Position numbers and translations under genes: made by a program
Part shown: positions 59,416-64,000 of the stretch, one piece after another
Layout of the letters: every line of letters starts with the position of its first letter
Numbering within the stretch: the stretch's first letter is position 1
The notes under the pieces: model-generated
Told to the model about the DNA's origin: nothing
Databases searched by the model: none
Seen by the model: the letters and a program-made list of their open reading frames with translations, nothing else
Source of the DNA: Candidatus Woykebacteria bacterium RBG_13_40_15
GTDB taxonomy: Bacteria > Patescibacteriota > Microgenomatia > Woykebacterales > RBG-16-39-9b
Direction of reading: 5' to 3'
NCBI GenBank assembly: GCA_001816655.1
Contig: MHCP01000014.1
Span: 27,068 to 91,067 of the forward strand
DNA: 64,000 nt

Positions 59416-61260
59416 TTAATAGGAGTTTAAATCAAGTTTTCTTATTCGGATGTTTTTAGGGGTGACTTCCACGATTTCACTATCATTGATATATTCCAAA
59501 GCCGCCTCTAAATGCATCTGTCTCGGAGCATTAAAATGTTCTGATACTCCTTCCCCGCTGGAACGGTGATTGGTTTGCTGCTTTTCTTTGCAAACATTGA
59601 TTCGGATATCATCGATCCGGGAATTTTGACCAATTACCTGCCCGGCATAAACCGGAACAGATGGGCCAATGAATAGATCACCTCTCCCTTGAGCTGCAAT
59701 TAAACCATAAAGTTTGGTAGTACCATTTTCATGGGCAACGAGAGATCCTCGATCGCGGGCGTATGAATTGCCGGAATTTCTCCGATATTCTAAAAAGGAG
59801 GAATTAATTATTCCCAAACCACGAGTATCGACAATAAATTCACTTCTGTAACCAAAAAATTCTTTTGTAGAAATAATAAACTCAAAACGCACCACGCCCT
59901 CTTCAGTAGTCATGTTCTGCAACTCCCCATGGCGCACACCCATTTTTTGGATTACCACACCGGAATAAGTTTCTGGAACTTCAATCAAGACCCTCTCAAA
60001 AGGAGTCAGTGTTTCTCCATTGATACTTTTCTCAATCACTTCGGGTCTGGAAACTTGGAACTCATAACCTTCCCTTCTCATTCTTTCAATTAAAATTGCC
60101 AAATGCAGTTCTCCTCGTCCCAAGACTACCCAACCTCCTGCTGTCGCTTGCCCTGAGGACATTCGGCTGAGCTCAGTCGAAGTCCTTGTTGAAGGGTCTA
60201 CCCGCAAGGCGACATCCGTTTCCAGTTTCCTATACAATCTTTCCTGAATTTGTCTGGTTGTTTTAAATTCACCTTCTTTGCCAGCAAAAGGGGAGGCGTT
60301 AACGCTAAAAGTCATTCGCACTGTCGGTTCCTCTATATTAAGCAGCGACAAAGCCAGGGAGGCTTGTCCCAAACTAGCTGAAGGGTCAGCTATCGTATCC
60401 CCACAAGTAATTTCAGGAATACCAGACACCGCTACAATATCACCTGCTACTGCTTCCGGAGTGTCCACTTTCCCCAATCCTTCAAAAGTCATTAGAGATG
60501 TGAGACGCATTTTTTTCATCTCGCCAGAGCGGTTAATATGCATTACATCTTGACCAGCCGTAATTTTACCGCTGTAAATTCTGCCGACGGCAATCCTGCC
60601 CTTAAAATTATCACCAATGGTAAAGGTAACAAGCATTTGCAGGGGTTTGTTTATGTCGCCTACGGGAGCTGGAATATATTTCAAGATAGCTTCAAAAATG
60701 GGGGAGATATCGACCATTTTAGCGAGATCCGGCTCTTTTGCAGCCTTACCATACTTGCTTGAGCAATAAACAGTTGGAAAATAAGCAGTCTCTTCATCTG
60801 CTCCCAGTTCCAAGAAAAGATCGAGAGTTTTATCTAAAACGTGATGGGCTCTGGCGCCGCTCTTATCTACCTTGTTAATTACGACAATTATTTTGTGTCC
60901 CAGCTCCAAGGCTCTTTTTAAAACAAACCTGGTTTGGGGCATTGGCCCTTCTTTAGCATCAACTAAAAGCAGGCAGCCATCTGCCATTTTTAAAACTCTT
61001 TCTACTTCTCCACCAAAATCAGCATGTCCCGGGGTATCAATTATATTTATCTTGATCCCGTTCCAGACAACAGAGGCATTTTTGGAAAAAATAGTGATTC
61101 CCCGTTCCTTTTCTAAATCATTACTGTCCATTATAAGTTCACTGCTTTCAGTAAACCCTTTTCCTAAATTAGTTTTGGATTGGTGAAGCAAGGCGTCCAC
61201 TAAAGTGGTCTTGCCGTGGTCAACATGGGCGATAATTGCAACGTTTCGAATTTTATTCAT
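59416..61260 (-). CDS. typA: Translational GTPase TypA/BipA with two in-frame palindromic inserts
   Basis: IAHVDHGKTTL, ERGITI, DTPGHADF, NKVD, GRGELHL and EVTP motifs. Confidence 0.95.
   Translation of the reverse strand: MNKIRNVAIIAHVDHGKTTLVDALLHQSKTNLGKGFTESSELIMDSNDLEKERGITIFSKNASVVWNGIKINIIDTPGHADFGGEVERVLKMADGCLLLVDAKEGPMPQTRFVLKRALELGHKIIVVINKVDKSGARAHHVLDKTLDLFLELGADEETAYFPTVYCSSKYGKAAKEPDLAKMVDISPIFEAILKYIPAPVGDINKPLQMLVTFTIGDNFKGRIAVGRIYSGKITAGQDVMHINRSGEMKKMRLTSLMTFEGLGKVDTPEAVAGDIVAVSGIPEITCGDTIADPSASLGQASLALSLLNIEEPTVRMTFSVNASPFAGKEGEFKTTRQIQERLYRKLETDVALRVDPSTRTSTELSRMSSGQATAGGWVVLGRGELHLAILIERMRREGYEFQVSRPEVIEKSINGETLTPFERVLIEVPETYSGVVIQKMGVRHGELQNMTTEEGVVRFEFIISTKEFFGYRSEFIVDTRGLGIINSSFLEYRRNSGNSYARDRGSLVAHENGTTKLYGLIAAQGRGDLFIGPSVPVYAGQVIGQNSRIDDIRINVCKEKQQTNHRSSGEGVSEHFNAPRQMHLEAALEYINDSEIVEVTPKNIRIRKLDLNSY
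60146..60196. repeat. Nested palindromic insert in typA (24-nt outer plus 27-nt inner)
   Basis: gcttgccctgag[gacattcggctgagctcagtcgaagtc]cttgttgaaggg. Confidence 0.75.
60362..60385. repeat. Degenerate 24-nt copy of the same element in typA
   Basis: gcttgtcccaaactagctgaaggg, encoding PSASLGQA. Confidence 0.6.
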
Positions 61261-61354
61261 AAGAAAAAGCCGCTCTTTGCGGCGTTTATATGATACCATT
61301 TTAAGCTTAAATTTACAAATCAAGTTTAAACCAATCGGAAAACTACGGCATTTG

Positions 61355-61825
61355 TTAGTAGCTGATTACCTGCAAATTAGGAACCTTATCGAATTCCTTT
61401 TTATTTTTTGTAACAATAGCTTGAAGGTTAAGATCTTGCATATAGGCTAGGTGAAAAGCATCGCGTGGGCGAAAGTTAAAACTACCAATGTTCTCTATAA
61501 CCTGTCTCACACCTGATTCAAAGTCGTTTTCAAATTGAATTATTTTTATGTTTTCTGGTAATTTTCTTATTTCTTCTAAAATTCGTTTAATCTCCGAATA
61601 AAATTCCTTAATTGGCTTTCTTTTCTCCTTAGGTATGTCTTTTTGTGAAACTTCATATATCTTGTACCAAGCCTCATCTAATCCCAGGGTGGAAATATAG
61701 GTTACGCAATTTTGCTTTAGTAAATTAAAAAAGAGCAATCTGCTTGCATTATGATCATTGTGGTCATCCAGAAAATATGCGATTAGAAAGTTTGCATCAA
61801 GATATATTTTCTCTGGCAAACCCAT
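61355..61825 (-). CDS. PIN-domain (VapC-like) nuclease
   Basis: YLDANFLI, LDE and RDAFHLA..IVT motifs. Confidence 0.85.
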   Translation of the reverse strand: MGLPEKIYLDANFLIAYFLDDHNDHNASRLLFFNLLKQNCVTYISTLGLDEAWYKIYEVSQKDIPKEKRKPIKEFYSEIKRILEEIRKLPENIKIIQFENDFESGVRQVIENIGSFNFRPRDAFHLAYMQDLNLQAIVTKNKKEFDKVPNLQVISY

Positions 61826-61829
61826 AAAT

Positions 61830-62198
61830 TCAATAAATCGAGGTATTATAAATTTTTATTATGTCAATTTTTTCTTCAAGCCTAATTGCCCCCGCAGTTT
61901 TAAGGAGAAATTGCCTTTTTTCATCCGACAATGTGTAAAAGCTATCACCAACTAACTCAAGCCACTCATTTTCTTTTTGTTGATTTTCTAACGAGGGTAA
62001 CCTTTCAATATAAGGCAAGGGGCCATAAGCCTTTTTATCGATTTCGTCTTTTGGAAATAATTTTGTCGGCCAAGCTGTGTCTATATGCTCATCTATATTA
62101 AGAGTACCTGCCGTATCTTTATGTGGATTGACAAGTAAATCAAGTAGTACTGGGTTTTTAGAAAAATCAGATGTAAAATCAGATGTAAGACTTGGCAT
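61830..62198 (-). CDS. Hypothetical protein
   Basis: 122-aa ORF tightly packed between its neighbours (1-nt and 4-nt gaps). Confidence 0.6.
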   Translation of the reverse strand: MPSLTSDFTSDFSKNPVLLDLLVNPHKDTAGTLNIDEHIDTAWPTKLFPKDEIDKKAYGPLPYIERLPSLENQQKENEWLELVGDSFYTLSDEKRQFLLKTAGAIRLEEKIDIIKIYNTSIY

Positions 62199-62199
62199 A

Positions 62200-62823
62200 T
62201 TATCCTTTCACAAATTTATTAATCGCTTGTTCAATCTCTCTATAATCAACCAATAGCTCTTTAGCTAATTTTGTAAAATCGATTTTTCCTGTTTCATAAT
62301 GTACGTTGGTATGCGCTTCTAATTGTTTTTCTTGCCCGCTAGGAACTATTTGTATATCAAACTTCCGACCTAATTTACTGAAGACAACTCTTGCTCCAGC
62401 TTCTAATAATTTGCCTCCATTTATAAGACTTTTAAGGCTAGGTGATAAAAGTTTTTCATAAGAAATATCTTCCTGTAATTGCAACGATATATCGTAGTTA
62501 TAACCGTAAGCCCTAAGCGTAGATTTACCGATAAAGGCTTTATATACTTTTTCAAAATCGCCTACAACCTTCGATTTAGATGGATCTTCTACACTAGCAT
62601 CACTCACTCGTAATCTATTTGGTTCGATAACGACTTCTTTCTTAAGAGTAGGTATAATCAATACTTTTGTTCCAGGCAGTTCAATAAAAGGGGTATTTAC
62701 CCTCTCTGAAGCTTCTAAATCGAATAAATCTCTTATAGTATCACTCGTAATTTGAGATTGATCTATTTTGTCGAAAAGAGCGGTTATATTTAATTTCTTC
62801 AATTGTAGGTTTTGAATCTTCAT
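62200..62823 (-). CDS. Hypothetical protein, possibly TIGR04255-like
   Basis: 207-aa ORF with IEPNRLRV and AYGYNYD pattern; family call is tentative. Confidence 0.55.
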   Translation of the reverse strand: MKIQNLQLKKLNITALFDKIDQSQITSDTIRDLFDLEASERVNTPFIELPGTKVLIIPTLKKEVVIEPNRLRVSDASVEDPSKSKVVGDFEKVYKAFIGKSTLRAYGYNYDISLQLQEDISYEKLLSPSLKSLINGGKLLEAGARVVFSKLGRKFDIQIVPSGQEKQLEAHTNVHYETGKIDFTKLAKELLVDYREIEQAINKFVKG

Positions 62824-62985
62824 ATTACTTTCCTGAAGCTATTCTAGCAGAAATCACTTAGAGTGGCTACTACGCAAAAATTTTTCTTACCTCACCACCT
62901 TTTTGCAAACTTCCAAGAAGCATTATTTTCATATTGTCCATGTGATTATTTTTATCTTACAACAAAAAATGATAGAATGTTAGCC

Positions 62986-64000
62986 ATGAAAAACAAAATT
63001 GCAATTTTAGGATTTGGCGGAACGATTGCGATGGTTCCAAATAAAGAAGGTACTTTAGTTCCAGCCAAGGGCGTTGATGAACTTATTTCTTTCGTACATA
63101 AGATTAAAGAATTAGCAGATGTAACCCTCGTACAGCTTGAAAATCTAGATAGTACAAATATAAACCCGACTCATTGGACTAAACTGGCAAATAAAATAGC
63201 CCAGGTTTACAAAGATTACGATGGTATTATCGTCATCCATGGTACAGATACAATGGCTTATACCGCAGGAGCAGTTGCACTAGCTGTAGGTAAAGCTTTA
63301 TCAATACCAGTAGTCTTTACTGGTTCGCAACTTCCAATGATTGAAACAGGTACTGACGCTCCTTTCAATCTAGAAAATTCAGTGAAAACGGTTTTACAGG
63401 CAATTAGAGAAGGTATAGCTGAGGTAATGATAGTTTTTTCGGATAGAGTGTTGAGGGGTGTTCGCGCTATCAAAACTAGTGAATCAAAATTCGGGGCTTT
63501 TGATTCTCCCGCCTTTCCTTATCTAGCCCAAATAACGGCAACTGGAGTTTCATTTAGCCCTTTAGCCCTCAAAGCTACTAAAAATAAAACCAATGAATTA
63601 AAGATAAATGGGCATTTCAAGAGTGATATCTTGGCTATTGACCTAGTTCCGGGATTAGAACCAGGGATATTAAGAAAGACAATAAAGTCTGGAAATATTC
63701 AAGCTTTGCTTCTCAAGTCTTTAGGGGCTGGTAATGTTCCTTCCATTGAACCATATTCGTTTTTGCCTCTGATAGAAGAAGTGGTTAAGGATGGTATCCC
63801 AGTTCTAATCTCAACCAAGTTTGTTGGCGGAAAGACCATTTTAGACCTTTATGAGCCAGGCAAAAAGGCCCTCGAGGCTGGTGCTATTCCCACAGGAGAT
63901 ATGACTGATGTTATGTCCCAGGTAAAGCTGATGTGGCTTTTAGGCAAAGGCTTTACCTCAATGGAAGATTTGAAGAAAGAAATACTTACTGATTATGTCG
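62986..64000 (+). CDS. ansA: Type I L-asparaginase, 3' end runs off the window (not in the ORF track)
   Basis: MKNKIAILGFGGTIAM, LDSTN, HGTDTMAYT, VFTGSQ and GAGN motifs. Confidence 0.88.
   Translation, partial: MKNKIAILGFGGTIAMVPNKEGTLVPAKGVDELISFVHKIKELADVTLVQLENLDSTNINPTHWTKLANKIAQVYKDYDGIIVIHGTDTMAYTAGAVALAVGKALSIPVVFTGSQLPMIETGTDAPFNLENSVKTVLQAIREGIAEVMIVFSDRVLRGVRAIKTSESKFGAFDSPAFPYLAQITATGVSFSPLALKATKNKTNELKINGHFKSDILAIDLVPGLEPGILRKTIKSGNIQALLLKSLGAGNVPSIEPYSFLPLIEEVVKDGIPVLISTKFVGGKTILDLYEPGKKALEAGAIPTGDMTDVMSQVKLMWLLGKGFTSMEDLKKEILTDYV

Noticed and set aside
62163-62188. 12-bp tandem repeat (TSDF twice) in the 122-aa ORF
   Set aside because: Simple two-copy in-frame slippage with no further structure
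62870-62941. 23-aa minus-strand ORF MDNMKIMLLGS..
   Set aside because: Too short, no SD and no supportable homology

Overview
AT-rich bacterial chromosome segment. Gene content and style suggest Patescibacteria/CPR, possibly Microgenomates; this is an inference. 1-13 kb: peptidoglycan and division cluster (murC, murB, murA, murF, mraY, murD, ftsW, murG, short ftsQ-like gene, ftsA, ftsZ). It is followed by pyrG, ileS, rodA, rplU/rpmA, parB, lepB, flippase and O-antigen-ligase genes, five intact tRNAs, polX, lemA/htpX, gatCAB, a Klenow-only polA, rplS/rnhB/yraN, rsmH, ppsA, metK, hppA, a CsoR copper cluster, typA, a PIN-containing three-gene unit and a partial asparaginase. The most unusual signals are: (1) a complete tRNA-Thr(CGT) nested inside the anticodon of a second, decaying tRNA-Thr, within a 107-nt palindrome-bounded insert; (2) tiny, sometimes nested palindromic insertions in typA (in frame), tRNA 3' remnants, the metK riboswitch and next to a solo GIY-YIG gene; (3) a fully synonymously recoded copy of the hppA 3' end, split by an insert that shares 22 bp with a tRNA-remnant insert; (4) a GC-rich pyrE-like/pyrF-like/HD-hydrolase island with altered catalytic motifs; (5) a Bacillus-style pyrG attenuator, a SAM-I/IV-type riboswitch and two candidate sRNAs with a complementary 12-mer. 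All calls come from reading the sequence by eye; no searches were run.
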